Assembly (NCBI RefSeq): GCF_963921235.1
Contig: NC_086097.1
Location: 8,060,001 to 8,124,000, forward strand
DNA length: 64,000 nt
From: Mobula hypostoma
Taxonomy: Eukaryota
Direction of reading: 5' to 3'
Below, in pieces: positions 1-12,766 of the stretch. The position numbers were made by a program, and so were the translations under genes. The notes under the pieces were generated by a model. That model saw only the letters and a program-made list of their open reading frames with translations, searched no databases and was not told the DNA's origin. Numbering within the stretch: the first letter of the stretch is position 1; every line of letters starts with the position of its first letter.

Positions 1-68
1 TCGACTGCACCTCTTCCTATAGATGCTGCTTGGCCTGCTGCGTTCACCAGCAACTTTGATGTATGTTC
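1..68 (+). mobile_element. Penelope-like 3' terminal repeat, cut by the window edge
   Basis: TCGACTG..AGATGCTGC..TTCACCAGCAACTTTGATGT matches 44693-44760. Confidence 0.8.
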
Positions 69-69
69 C

Positions 70-385
70 TGTACACAATAGTTTGATTTATGAAGGTTAA
101 TGTGCCAAAAGCTTTCATTAGAACCCTAGTAACCTTTGATGCCACTTTCAATGAATTATGGACCTGTATTTCCAGATACCTTTGTTCTACCATACTCATC
201 AGTGCCCTACCACTCACAGTATAAGACCTATACTTGTTAGGGCTACTGAAGTGCAATACCTCGCACTTGTCGGCATTAAATTCAATTACGTCTGCCATTT
301 TTTCAGCCAATTTTTCCAGATGGTCCATATCCCACTGCAAGCCATGATAATCTTCCTTGCTGTTCACTACACCCTCAATTTTTTT
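70..385 (-). mobile_element. CR1 LINE ORF2 fragment (C-terminal part of RT)
   Basis: ORF 44..673 contains EFNADKCEVLHF..MVEQRYLEIQVHNSLKV. Confidence 0.85.
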
Positions 386-399
386 AGGTATAGATAAAG

Positions 400-922
400 A
401 GAAGTCAATTTTTTTAGACCAGCAATTAGGAATATTATCACAGCCAGTACTTTTCGACTGGTGGGTATATTTTATAACCTCTTTCAGCAAATCCATTTTA
501 AGCTCAGGTGTTTGCATTTCTTCAATCATGTGTGTGTGTTCTTTTCCCTCCCCAATCCAGCTTGCTCCTTGACTGTGTGTCACCCTATTTGACTGGATAT
601 TAGAACAAACTTTCATTAACTCCGTGTTTGTTCGTAATTCTGTGCTAGGGTTGGTGATATTTTTGTTCATCAAATTTAGTTTTAATGTCCTATATAAACC
701 TTTTTCATTGTTTTTGAACTGATAGTTCTGTTTTCTTCATCCGGTGCATTCCATGTATCTATTTAGTCTGGTTTTGTATGCACCAAGCTTTTGTTTTAAT
801 GTATCTATAAACTCCACAGTGCTTTTGCTAGGTTGGTCATATCTTGTGTGGACTTTATATTTCCTTACTATTTCCTGAACTTTTCTCTTACCTTTCTTAT
901 TCTTGTTCTTCTTTGAGCACAT
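400..922 (-). mobile_element. R4/Dong-like non-LTR retrotransposon fragment (region before RT)
   Basis: LKQKLGAYKTRLNRY and KSTGCDNIPNCWSKK resemble R4-clade motifs (KSPGxDxIxNxWxKK). Confidence 0.6.
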
Positions 923-929
923 CTACATA

Positions 930-1260
930 AAACACTATTGTAGGAAAACAGCATCCATCATCAGAGATCCCCACCACCCAAGTCCTGTTCTCTTCTAATT
1001 GCTGCCATCAGAAAGAAGGTAAAAGAGCTTCAGGACTTGCACCAGGTTCAAAAACAGTTATTACCTCTCAACCATCAGGCTCTTGAATAGAAGGGGATAA
1101 AAACCCTCCCTTGCCCTGTCATTGAAATGTTTCTACAATTAATAATCTCATTTTAAGGACTCTTTATCTCATTATCTCATGGTCTCGTTATTTATATTCG
1201 CATTTGCACAGTTTGTTGTTCCTGCACTCTGGTTGATCTTTCATTGATCCTGTTATAGTT
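930..1260 (+). mobile_element. Rex1/Babar-type LINE 3' fragment
   Basis: CATCCATCATCAGAGATCCCCACCACCC..CTGCCATCAG..AGGTTCAAAAACAG resembles the end of ORF 14046..14648. Confidence 0.7.
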
Positions 1261-1372
1261 CTTCATCTTCTGCTTCATCTTCATCTTCTTCTGCTTCTTC
1301 TTCTTCTTCTTCTTCTTCTTCTTCTGCTTCTTCTTCTTATTATTATTCTTATTCTTCTTATTATTATTATTA
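1261..1372. repeat. Compound (CTT)n/(TTA)n microsatellite
   Basis: Directly visible. Confidence 0.95.
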
Positions 1373-2149
1373 ATGAGGAAAAAGACTTCATGTTGAATCC
1401 TGTCTTGGATGTCATTACAGAAATAACTTAGGGAATTAATTCCACTAATCGACTTCATCTCTTTGTCCACCTCAAGTCATTTTATAATACTTTGCTATTT
1501 TTTCCCGTAACATTAGTTACCTAGTAATTTCTAAAGTAGGGACATGTTCGGCACAACTTTGTGGGCCAAAGGGCCTGTATTGTGCTGTAGGTTTTCTATG
1601 TTTCTATGTTTCTATTAATATAACAGCAATGTAAATATCAGTGATTTTTCAGCTGTAGGATTCAGTTAGTATTGTCAGCAAGTATTTCAATCGGAAACTG
1701 GAATTTTCAGTGTCCATAAACCCGGTTTTGAATGTGGATATAAATCACATCTAGGTTTGTCACTTTTGCAGGATATCCAAGTATTTTGCAGGATATTACA
1801 GGACACTGCTAAGGGAAAATAAATCAACAGGTCCTCATGTGTAAGTGATTTTATGCTCCAAGGCTACTGCTGCATTGTCTTGAAGAGGAAATACGGCTGT
1901 CGTTAGCTAATTGTTAAATGGGTGTATTTAATTTTGAGAATTTCAGAAAAATGCACTCCAAACAGCACAGACAGCTGTCTAATTGTGTTCATGCCCACTT
2001 GTTTGACAATGCAAAAACATTAATGCATCTGGAGGTGTTCATCAAAATAAAACTCTCTTCAACTCACAATTACTTGGAGAGGAGGAAATCATATTTTGAC
2101 ATGGTTTCTGCTCGTTTCCTTGTCTACTTAGGTAGGTCATAGGAATCAA

Positions 2150-2270
2150 AATCAAAATAAAAACTTCAGAAGTTGGAAATCCGATATCGAGGTTTAGAAG
2201 ATCAAGCAGTACCTATGGAAAGAGAAACAGTTAACATTTTAGATCCAGGATCCTTCATCAGAACTAAGAG
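2150..2270 (-). mobile_element. Old Penelope 3' repeat with a degenerate hammerhead (2229-2265)
   Basis: Minus strand AGTT-CTGATGA-aggatcctggatct-AAAA-TGTT-AACT. Confidence 0.6.
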
Positions 2271-2499
2271 AGTAAGAAACAATTAAGCTACGTAACAGCA
2301 AAGCTGGGGAATTTCTAATATCCCAGCTTTAGTTATAGATCCAGTATGGCAAGATGCCTTTCAGCAACCATGTCCATATTCGCCAACAATTATCCATCTA
2401 TACTGTACTCATTCGATTTACAACACCACTTGTTCCATAGCCTTATACACTTTGACAATTAAAGTACTCATATAGATACTTTTTTTAAAATGATGACAG

Positions 2500-2546
2500 C
2501 CTCTCTCATCCTCTATCTCCCTCTATCCCTCTCTCTCATGCCCCCC

Positions 2547-2582
<36 letters not shown>
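2500..2582. repeat. (CT)n microsatellite
   Basis: Directly visible. Confidence 0.9.
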
Positions 2583-3344
2583 GTCCCCCTAGCAATAAAT
2601 TCCATACTCTGGGTGAAAAAAATGCCTCTAAGTGTAATCTATGGATCTATTTCTTTAAGAAATATGATTGGACATAACTTACCGATGTGCATTGATCTCT
2701 TGTCTACGCATGATTTGCTCTCTCTCTCTCCCTCTCTTTCTCGCTGCAATGTAGATACACCAGTTAAAGCTACCTCCCACGTGTGTGCATTTGTTTAATT
2801 GATATGTAGTTGCACAGACACAAGAAATTGACAATGACCACGGGTTGGAAACCCCCGCTAGATTTCCTCCAGAATAGCACCTCTGCCCGTGGGAAATGAT
2901 TCCTCCTGTCTGCCCAAGCTATATCCTTCATAATTTTGTGTGCCGTTATCAACTCTTTCCTTGTTTTGTGCATTACATCTTCCAGCCTCAATGAAAAAGC
3001 TGAATACTATTGCAAGGGTGATTTTGGAGAAACTTGGTAGCATCAAAAGACATGCAGACCTTTCCTGAGGCAGTAGTAGTTTTCATCCACACCTATAATG
3101 CCATTGTTGGCTGGAAATGCAAACTCTTACAGTGGCTTAACATCTGTGAAAGCATGCTAAAGTGGCATTGACAATGTGTGAATGAAGGAACTTTTGAAAT
3201 CCATGCTTACCTGGCTCTCTGTCTTTTTCCTATTAACCTTTCCTCTCAGTCTTCTGCCAACCAGCATCCTCCATTCCCAATAATCCAAACTGTCCTTACC
3301 CAATGTCCATGAGCTAATCATTCATTACCCCTGACCACTGACTG

Positions 3345-3416
3345 AAGAATGGAGTTAATATAGGAAGCTGGGATTGGTGATTACCAATCCCAGCTTCCGA
3401 TATTAACTCCATTCTT
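3345..3416. repeat. Near-perfect inverted repeat: 34-bp arms, 4-nt loop, 1 mismatch
   Basis: AAGAATGGAGTTAATATAGGAAGCTGGGATTGGT-gatt-ACCAATCCCAGCTTCCGATATTAACTCCATTCTT. Confidence 0.95.
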
Positions 3417-4289
3417 GGCCCCACCTATCTTACCTGTAGATAACTCTCATCATCTAGTGACCTCATGTCAAAACATTCATATATGGCCCAAGTGCAGAGA
3501 GAGGGACTGTCATTGACTCGGGTCAACAGTTCACTGACTTTAATGAGAACTGTTGCAGAATTTAAAGGAAAAGTAAAACAATAAATGCTAGGCCAACAGA
3601 GCTGTTAACTAACGCTCTCAAACCAAAAGTTAATGCCAACATGGAAGCAGTAACTAAATAGTAAATGAATACAGCATCATTTAAAATGGTAGTTCTCTTT
3701 CCTGGAAAAGGATGAGAATAAGCAAGGAGCATAAATGTTGCTGCGCTTTTGGTCAAGTGTTAACAAGACTAGAATGAAAAGGAAGGAGATAACTACTGCT
3801 TTAATGAAACAGTAATTAGCTGGAATGTGTTTGCACACGAGCACGAATGTTGAATCTGTTGTGCAACCCGCCTGCGTGGGTGCATAGACCCTGCAACAGA
3901 GACCATGGTTGTGACACCACAACTCTTAGATTGTTTATATAGTATATTGAAGATTGTGTAATGTCATTTCCAGTACACGAGTGTAAATGAAAATGAAATA
4001 ATTGTTACTCCGGATCCAATGCAGCACAAAAAAAAGCACAATAAGATAAAGAACATAATAATAAAATTACATAATTACTTGGAACTAAAGAAATCACATT
4101 TCACGCACTTAGAGTTGATAACCATTGTGAAAGAAATGCTTTGGATCTACAAAGTGGTTAAAAAAATCTTTGGCTGTTTGTGCTTCTGAATTTCACAACA
4201 GTAGACAGTTAAACAAATGGCTGCTGGTTCCTTGTCAATAGATACTGACTAAATAATTCAGATAATGTGTAGCTTGCGTGGTTGATGGT

Positions 4290-5640
4290 TGGGTTGAGTT
4301 ATTCTTTGATCTTGACAATTCATTTGCAAAAGTTTCTGCACCATACAAGAGACATCATCAGTGCACTGTTTATTTATGGAGTGTTCGCCAAATGCCTGGC
4401 TTTTATAATCTTATCAATCGGGTGAATGGTTGGCATTTCAGAACTCAATTGTGCTGTAGGGAGGGGGGGTCTCAATATTGATTGGCTGTGTGGTAAACTG
4501 TATGTGTGAAGGTCTGGAAGTTTACCTGCATTGGCTTATAAATAGGATTAAGGTCTACATGTCTGTTGACAGAACAGTTTGCAGAAAACCTGACTTACAC
4601 TGATGCCTACTTGAATTTCTGCTTCTTTTAACCTTCACGGGTAGAGACTAAGGAGAGTTGGTTATGCTGTTTCATGAACATCTAGACTATATAAAGCCAA
4701 GCACTCAGAAGACAACATATGAAAGACAATGTTGGAAAGTGCATGGTCATGCACTTTGGTGAAGAAATAAACGGGCAGACTATTATTTAGATGGGGAGAG
4801 AATTCAAAATGCAGAGGTGCAAAGAGACTTGGGAGTTCTTGTGCAGGATACCCTAAAGGTTAAACTCCAGGTTGAGTCGGTGGTGAAGAAGGTGAATGCA
4901 ATTTCAGCATTCATTTCTAGAGGTATCGAATATATGAGCAGGGATGTGATGTTGAGGCTTAATAAGGTACTCATGAGACCACACTTGGAGTATTGTGTGC
5001 AGTTTTAGGTTCCTTATTTTAGAAATGATTTTGGAGAGGGTTCAGAGAATATTCACGAAAATGATTCCAGGAATGAAAGGATTACCGTATGAGGAATGTT
5101 TGGCAGCTCTTGGACTGTATTCCCTGGAGTACTGAAGAATGAGCAGGAATCTCATAGAAACATTCCGAATGTTAAAAGGCCTGAACAGATCAGATATGGC
5201 AAAGTTATTTCCCATGGTAGAGGAGTCTAGGACAAGAGGGCACAACTTCAGGATTGAAGAATGTCCATTTAGAACAGAGATGCGGAGAAATTACTTTAGT
5301 CAGAGGGTCGTAAATCTGTGGAATTTGTTGCCACGAGTGGCTGTGGAGGCCAAGTCACTGGGTGCATTTAAGGCAGGGATAGATAGGTTCCTGATTAGCC
5401 AGGGCATCAAAGGGTATGAGGTGAAGGCATGGAGTGAGGATGACTGGAAGAATTGGATCAGTCTCATGATTGAATGGTGGAGCAGGCTCGACACACTGAA
5501 TGGCCTACTTCTGCTCCTATATCTTGTGGGTTTATGGTCTAAGATGCTCCACAAGTGGACAGTGGATTGATGATGTCTCTGTGTATGGTGATGAAATGTT
5601 TGCAAAAGGATTGACAAGATTGGAGAACAACTCAACCCAA
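4290..5640. mobile_element. Second Penelope family: minus-strand 3' end (4290-4680) plus an inverted partial repeat (4685-4727, 5541-5640) split by a CR1
   Basis: Minus strand encodes SVNRHVDLNPIYKPM, resembling a GIY-YIG C-terminus; hammerhead remnants at 4325-4365 (-) and 5563-5604 (+). Confidence 0.7.
4728..5540 (+). mobile_element. CR1 LINE 3' fragment
   Basis: QRDLGVLVQ..RPHLEYCVQF; RTRGH..FSQRVVNLWNLLP; 3' UTR. Confidence 0.95.
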
Positions 5641-6024
5641 TCAGATATTGACTAATTTCTAGGCTAACAAGGCTTTGACTTGCTGGAAAGAAATTTACCC
5701 TTGGTTGAGTAACCCACACATGTGACTACTGCCTGAGTCCTTCACTTGCCAAAATTTGATTTAAGGGACTTCAATTCACATGCATTTCAGGAGAAGAATA
5801 CAGGATGCTGTGACAATCATTCTGTATTACACCCTTGGGTTCAAGGTGCGTCAGAGTTTTGCAACTCTGCCAGCTGGCTTCAACCGATCAGCTCATTATA
5901 TTCATTAAAATATCTATTCTTTTAGACCGCAATTCTAAGGCAGTGAGAATTCTGCATTCTGCATTTATGTTTTTTTTCAGAATCAGAATCAGGTTTAATA
6001 TCACTGGCATATGTCATGAAATTC

Positions 6025-6251
6025 TTTCTCTGGAGAGATTCTTTCTTCTCCAGCCTTTGACCTTTCCCACCCACCTGGCTTCACCTATCACCTTTCAGAT
6101 AGCCTCTTTCTCCTCCCTCCACATTTTTATTCAGGCATCTCCCCCTTCCTTCCCAGTACTGGAGAAGAGACTCGGCCTGAAATGTCTGTTGTTTACTCTT
6201 TTCCATAGATGCTGCCTGACCTCCTGAGTTCTTCTAGCATTTTGTGTGCGT
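6025..6251 (+). mobile_element. Penelope 3' UTR fragment with 13-bp TSD
   Basis: TGTCATGAAATTC at 6012-6024 and 6252-6264; degenerate hammerhead at about 6154-6190. Confidence 0.8.
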
Positions 6252-6371
6252 TGTCATGAAATTCGTTGTTTTATGGCAGCAGTATATTGATTGCAATACA
6301 TAATAAAGAATGATAAATTACAATAATGAATATATGTTTACAAATATTAAATGCTTTTCTTTACTACCTTG

Positions 6372-6720
6372 AGGTCTCTACCAAAGGAGATGTAAGGCAG
6401 TCCTTTCCTCCACTCGCCTGCGGGTCACCCTCGGGCAAGATGTAGCACCGACTTAGCCCCCGGTCAGGATCACATGAAGCTATGGGAGCAGGTGGTGGAT
6501 GGTTGTCTGAGCAGGTGGTGCATATCACAAGTCCTGGTTATGCGACCATTGAAGCCAGGCAGACAATCTCTAGACTATTGATAGTGGTTGGGGTCACCCG
6601 TCTTGTAAAGACACTGCCCAGAAGAAAGCAATGGCAAACCACCTCTGTAGAAAAATTTGCCAAGAACAATCATGGCCATGTGACCATGATCACCACGTCA
6701 TATGACACAGCCCATAATAA
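6372..6720 (+). mobile_element. Non-coding RTE-tail SINE-like element (family 3)
   Basis: AATGGCAAACCAC RTE-type motif; second copy at 41225-41546 (-). Confidence 0.65.
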
Positions 6721-7689
6721 TCTTCACCCTGAAGCAATAATATATGACATGATCTGTCTGGGTAGCACACAAGACAAAATCCTTTCACTATATCTCAGTA
6801 CATGTGAGGATAATAAACAAGTACCAATTAGCACCTGCTAGGGACAAACTTTTGAATAAAGGTTATTTAAAAGCAAAGTTTACGTATTTGTTTGTGTGAT
6901 TCCATGGGAAAAAGGGTAAAAAGCTTCTGTCGACTCTCTTATCTATTCTTGAAAATTTAATGTCACTGAAACTTTTTGAATAATTCAATAACTTTAACGA
7001 AGAGACTTAAATTGTTCCCAAAGGACACCACTGCTAGAATGGAGTTTGAGACAAGGAATAAGTCTTGTATTGTTGTAAATCGATCATCAGCTTTCTAATT
7101 TAGTGCATTCCCCAGACTGAGGGCAAGGTTGAGAATTTATCTTATTTAAAAAATGACTCCGTGATTCCAACTACAATAGAACAACCCATGAAGCGGATGA
7201 CGGTCCCAGCAGGCAAAGTCATCCTGACCACAAAGTTTGGATGCCCATACTTTTTCCCATTTACAGATGGCATTATGACTTGCAAGAATTATGAGTTCAG
7301 TCGCTATTAAATAAATATTCCGAGTTTTTGTTTTTGTGTTCCCTGTAATTTACTAATACTGTGGCATCCCAGTGGAGGAGGGTGTGGTGGTCTGGGTGGG
7401 GGGGTTTGGTTGACAGCCCACCAGCAATATTTATTGTTCTTGTTTTAAAATGCTTTTGTAGGATTATAGTGGGACGTTCAAGTTCATTTATTGTTATATT
7501 TTAGCTTAGTTTATACACATGAGTCATCCTGACTGTAACATTTGCCAGAAATCACCATCATGACTGGCCAAGGCTCTGGCAGAGGCAGAGAGGGAAGAAA
7601 CTATCTTATCTCTCCCCAGGGTGTTGCAGGATCACCTTGCAGGCCGCGAGCCCAGGCTTGTGTCATCGAGATGGAAAAGGAAATTATGA

Positions 7690-10600
7690 GAAGGGGCCCG
7701 TGGGACAGGACTGACCAGCGCCACGCTGGCCCTGCCGTGTGCCAAGAAGCGACCTCTGCTTCCGGTGTGGTGAGGCAGGCCATGTGGCCCAGAACAGTTC
7801 AGCACCAGCATCATGCCACAGCCCAGTGCAGCTATCGGGAAATGCCGGACAGGTAGCACTTCACAAGACCTCCAGCAGAAACCCTTCATTATTGCCTCTC
7901 CATGTGGGTCACTTGGGTGAAGGGCAAGGTTTATACGTGCACTGTAAGGTGGAGGGCATCAAATGCCGGGTATTGGTGGACACGGGGTCAATGGTCACCA
8001 TCATCCATCCACATGTTCTCCCCAACATGGACCAGCCAACCCTGCCTGGGAGGACAACGACAGCAGTCCAGCTGGCTACGGTCACTGGCGACTGTGCGGT
8101 GACGAGAGGGACGAGGAGGCTTGGCATGGCAATGGAGCACGAGGTGTGGCCAGCCGACATCCGGGAGTCCTGCATCACTGGCTTGGACCTGCTACCCTGC
8201 TGGGGGCCCGTGCGGATAGGCTGTGGGCAACACCCTATCTCAGTGCTGAAGCCCGGGCTCTCTGGCAGGGCAGCTCCAGAAAGTGGACCCGGTGGGTGCA
8301 GCAACAACCACCATCAGTCTCCCAGTGACCTGTGGCAGTGCAGTACACCACACAGCAGCTCAGCGCAACACAGTGGAACCAGGGGCAAGCAGTGGGGGCA
8401 GCAGTTCAGATGGCAGCTGGCGGTGAGGTAGACTTCCCCACCATTGACCATCAGCTGTGCATTGAGCAGGAGACTGATCCCATCCCAGCCTGGGTGAGGG
8501 GATGGCTGAGTGTGGGACGGTGGCCGGGGTGGGCAGAGGTCTTCACCCTGGATTGCGCAAGCAAAGCCCAATACACCCAGTGGGAAACACTGGAGGTGTG
8601 CGACGGGTTGCCGTTCCGACTGTGGCAGTTGCCCGACAACGACTAATACCTCCTGCAGCTGGTGGTGTCGCTAGGGCTTCACACTATGATGCTGCTGTCA
8701 GTGCATGGGCTGGTGGGGGCCAGCCAATTTGGGGTCACAAGGATGTTTGGCAGGCTGCGTGAACTCTTCTGTTGGCCTGAGTACAGACATAGAAACATAG
8801 AAACATAGAAAATAGGTGCAGGAGTAGGCCATTCGGCTCTTCAAGGCTGCACTGCCATTCAGTATGATCATGGCTGATCATCCAACTCAGAACCCTGTAC
8901 CTGCCTTCTCTCCATACCCCCTGATCCCTCTAGCCACAAGGGCCATATCTAACTCCCTCTTAAATATAGCCAATTAACTGACCTCAACTGTTTCCTGTGG
9001 CAGAGAATTCCACAGATTCACCACTCTCTGTATGAAGAAGTTTTTCCTCATCTTGGTCCTAAAAGGCTTCCCCTTTATCCTCAAACTGTGACCCCTCGTT
9101 CTGGACTTCCCCAACATCAGGAACAATCTTCCTACATCTAGCGTGTCCAATCCCTTTAGAATTTTATACGTTTCAATAAGATCCCCCCTCAATCTTCTAA
9201 ATTCCAGAGAGTATAAGCCTAGTCAATCCAGTCTTTCATCATATGAAAATCCTGCCATCCCAGAAGTCAATCTGGTGAACCTTCTTTGTACTCCTTCGAT
9301 GGCAAGAACATCTTTCCTTAGATTAGGGGACCAAAACTGCACACAATACTCCAGGTGTGGTCTCACCAAGGCCTTGTACAACTGCAGTAGTACGTCCCTG
9401 CTCCTGTACTTGAATCCTCTTGCTATGAATGCCAGCATACCATTCGCGTTTTTCACCGCCTGCTGTACCTGCATGTCCACTTTCAATGACTGGTGTATAA
9501 TGACACCCAGGTCTCGTTGCACCTCCCCTTTTCCTAATCGGCCACCATTCAGATAATAATCTGTTTTCCTGTTCTTGCCACCAAAGTGGATAACCTCACA
9601 TTTATCCACACTAAATTGCATCTGCCATGAAGTTGCCCACTCACCCAACCTATCCAAGTCACCCAGCATCCTCTTAGCATCGTCCTCACAGCTAACACTG
9701 CCGCCCAGCTTCATGTCATCCGCAAGCTTGGAGATGCTACATTTAATTCCCTCATCTAAGTCATTAATATATTATTGTCAACAACTGGGGTCCCAGCACT
9801 GAGCCTTGCGGTACCCCAGTAGTCACTGCCTGCCATTCAGAAAATGTCCTGTTTATTCCCACTCTTTGCTTCCTGTCTGCCAACTAATTTTCTATCTACA
9901 TCAATACCATACCCCCAATACTGTGTGCTTTAAGTTTGCACACTAATCTCTTGCGTGGGACCTTGTCAAAAACCTTTTGAAAATCCAAATATAACACATC
10001 CACTGGTTCTCCCCTATCCACTCTACTAGTTACATCCTCAAAATATTCTATGAGATTCATCAGACATGATTTTCCTTTCAAAAATCCATGCTGACTTTGT
10101 CCGATGATTTCACAGCTTTCCAAATGTGCTGTTATCACATCTTTGATAACTGACTCTAGCATTTTCCCCACCACCGATGTTAGGCTTACCGGTCTATAAT
10201 TCCCCGGTTTCTCTCTCCCTCCTTTTTTACATTACATTACAGGGTTACATTAGCTACCCTCCAATCCTCAGGAACTAATCCAGAATCTAAAGAGTTTTGA
10301 AAAATTATCACTAATGCAACCACTATTTCTTGGGCTACTTCCTTAAGCACTCTGGGATGCAGACCATCTGGCCCTGGGGATTTATCTGCCTTTAATCCCT
10401 CAATTTACCTAACACCACTTCCCTACTAACATGTATTTCCCTCAGTTCCTCCATCTCACTAGACCCTCTGTCCCCTACTATTTCTGGAAGATTATTTATG
10501 TCTTCCTTAGTGAAGACAGAACCAAAGTAGTTATTCAATTGGTCTGCCATGTCCTTGTTCCCCATGATCAATTCACTTGTTTCTGACTGTAAGGGACCTA

Positions 10601-11135
10601 CATTTGTCTTTACCAATTTTTTTCTTTTTACATACCTATAAAAGCTTTTACAGTCAGTTTTTACGTTCCCCGCCAGCTTTCTCTCATAATCATTTTTCCC
10701 TTTCCTAATTAAGCCCTTTATCCTCCTCTGCTGGACTCTGAATTTCTCCCAGTCGTCAGGTGTGTCGCTTTTTCTGGCTAATTTGTACGTTTCTTCTTTG
10801 GAATTGATACTATCCCTAATTTCCCTTGTCAGCCACGGGTGCACTACCTTCCCTGGTTTATTCTTTTGCCAAACTGGGATGAACAATTATTGTAGTTCAT
10901 CCGTGCGATCCTTAAACACTTACCATTGCATATCCACCGTCAACACTTTAAGTATCATTTGCCAGTCTGTCTTAGCTAATTCACATCTCATACCTTCAAA
11001 GTTACCCTTCTTTAAGTTCAGAACCTTTGTTACTATATCACTCTCCATCTTAATGAAGAATTCCACCATATTATGGTCACTCTTACCCAAGGGGCCTCAG
11101 AATGTGGAGCTGTTCATGCACTGCTGTGAAGATAT
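7690..11135 (+). mobile_element. Decayed Gypsy internal fragment (gag zinc knuckle, protease, integrase zinc-binding region; no RT/RNase H), interrupted by a CR1 at 8790-11097
   Basis: CFRCGEAGH; LVDTGS; QWETLEVCDGL; FCWPEYR reads on as QNVELFMHCCE across the CR1 insertion. Confidence 0.85.
8790..11097 (-). mobile_element. CR1 LINE, 5'-truncated, frameshifted ORF2 (RT)
   Basis: ORFs 10392..10886, 9896..10174 (QHGF..YLDFQKVFDKV), 9223..9714, 8974..9192; (CTATGTTT)n tail. Confidence 0.97.
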
Positions 11136-11419
11136 AAAGTAGTGTAGTTATTCTTGAAGCCCTAAGCTGAAACCTGGGTGGGCTTCATGTAGATTCAAAC
11201 AAGTGTCCATTTCTGCTGGTATAAACATTTCTATTCACTCTTGTTCACAATGTTCTTAAATCATTCAGTTTTCAGGGTGTATGTATTCCTGTTTAGACCA
11301 TCCCCTCAATGCCTCTAGACAGACTAATGTGCTTAACCGTTTCCGTGTCCATTGCATTGCTGTTGACCTGAAGTCGCATACAGACCAAAACAGGAAGGTG
11401 GCAGGTTTTTTCCCTTGAA

Positions 11420-11940
11420 CAGAATTTTTACAGATGTACTGTGGAGAGCATCCTAACTGGCTGCATCACCATCTGGAATGGTGGCTACTGCACTGGATCA
11501 AAATAAGCTGCACAGAGATGTAAACTTAGTCAGCTCCATCATGGGCATTAGATCCAGGACATCTTCAAGGAGTGAAGCCTCAAAAAGATGGCATCCATTA
11601 TTAAGGATCCTCATCACCCAGCTCATGCCTTGTTCTCATTGCTACCATCAGGAAGAAGGTACAGAACTGTGAAGACACATTCAGTGAACCAGGAACCCCT
11701 TCTTCCCCTCTGCCATCTAATTTCTGAATGGACTTTGAATTCATGAACTCTGCCTCACTACTTTTTATTTCTATTTTTGCACTACTTATTTATTTTAACT
11801 ATTTAATATATGCGGTAGATATACACTTAATTTAATTCCGTTTTTTTTCTGTTACTATGTATTGCATTGTACTGCTGCCACAAAGACAATAAATTTCATG
11901 GCATGAGCTGGTGATATTAAATCTGATTCTGACTCTGATA
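11420..11940 (+). mobile_element. Rex1/Babar-type LINE 3' fragment
   Basis: ACAGATGTACTGTGGAGAGCATCCTAACTGGCTGCATCACC; tail ATTAAATCTGATTCTGA. Confidence 0.8.
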
Positions 11941-12359
11941 TTTTTCTTTACTGGCATTTCAGTACTATTATGGACAACATTGCTGAGACAAGATGATAAA
12001 CTTGTAGTTTCAGATTATTATTCTGAATATGTATGAGGGTTTGTTGAGGATCCCTACCACCCATCCCATAACCTCCTTGACCCACTACCATCAGGAAGGA
12101 GGTACAGAAGCTTCAGGGTTACAGCTACCAGACTGGATGTCTGATTCTCCTCTCAGGCTTTGAGACTAATGAATGCCCTGTCACCACTGGGGTCTCATCA
12201 TTCGGACAGCAAATTATTTATTGTTTACCTGTGCTGTGCACTGCATGCACTTTGAATTATATTTTATTCAATTATTAGTGGTAATATTTTGTTTTATGTG
12301 CTCTGTGTGGTGTATGTATTGTGGGTGCACCATGGTCCTGAGGAATGTTACTTCGTTTA

Positions 12360-12766
12360 GCTGGCAGCCGGGGCTGGGGTCGAAGCATTCAGCAGAGATG
12401 GTGCTCGGTGTCGGAGGGCTGGTCGGAGCTTGAAGTTTTCGGATGACTCAGAGTCGGACTGTGGTCGGGTATGGCAGGGAGAGTTTTCTTCCTTCTCCCG
12501 TCTGTGTGAGATGTGGGACGTTCGAGAGACTTTGAACACTTTACCATGCTAAATGGCCTGTTCTTCGTCAAGTTACGGTATTGCTTGCACTTTTGTAACT
12601 ATATATGATAATTATGTGGTTTTTCTCAGTTTTTCAGTCTTGGTTTGTCCTGTGTTTCTGTGATATCACACCGGAGGAATATCGTATCATTTCTTAATGC
12701 ATGCATTACTAAATGACAATAAAAGAGGACTGCGTGTCTTCATAATCTAATCTAATCTAATCTAAT
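12360..12766 (+). mobile_element. 3' part of a non-coding LINE-dependent element with (TAATC)n tail
   Basis: Last ~250 bp resemble 40130-40370. Confidence 0.75.

Noticed and set aside
44..673. 209-aa ORF as a gene
   Set aside because: Chance in-frame fusion of an R4-like fragment and a CR1 fragment
1192..1470. Lys/Asn-rich ORF
   Set aside because: Translation of a microsatellite
6372..6500. Possible HDV/Pr77-like ribozyme in family 3 (also 41400-41546)
   Set aside because: Some pairings exist (GGGTGGC/GTCACYC, CAYCTGCT/AGCAGGT), but I could not place P3, L3 and P1.1 in the right order
7360..7550. TG..CA segment as the 5' LTR of the Gypsy fragment
   Set aside because: No second LTR, clear PBS or TSD
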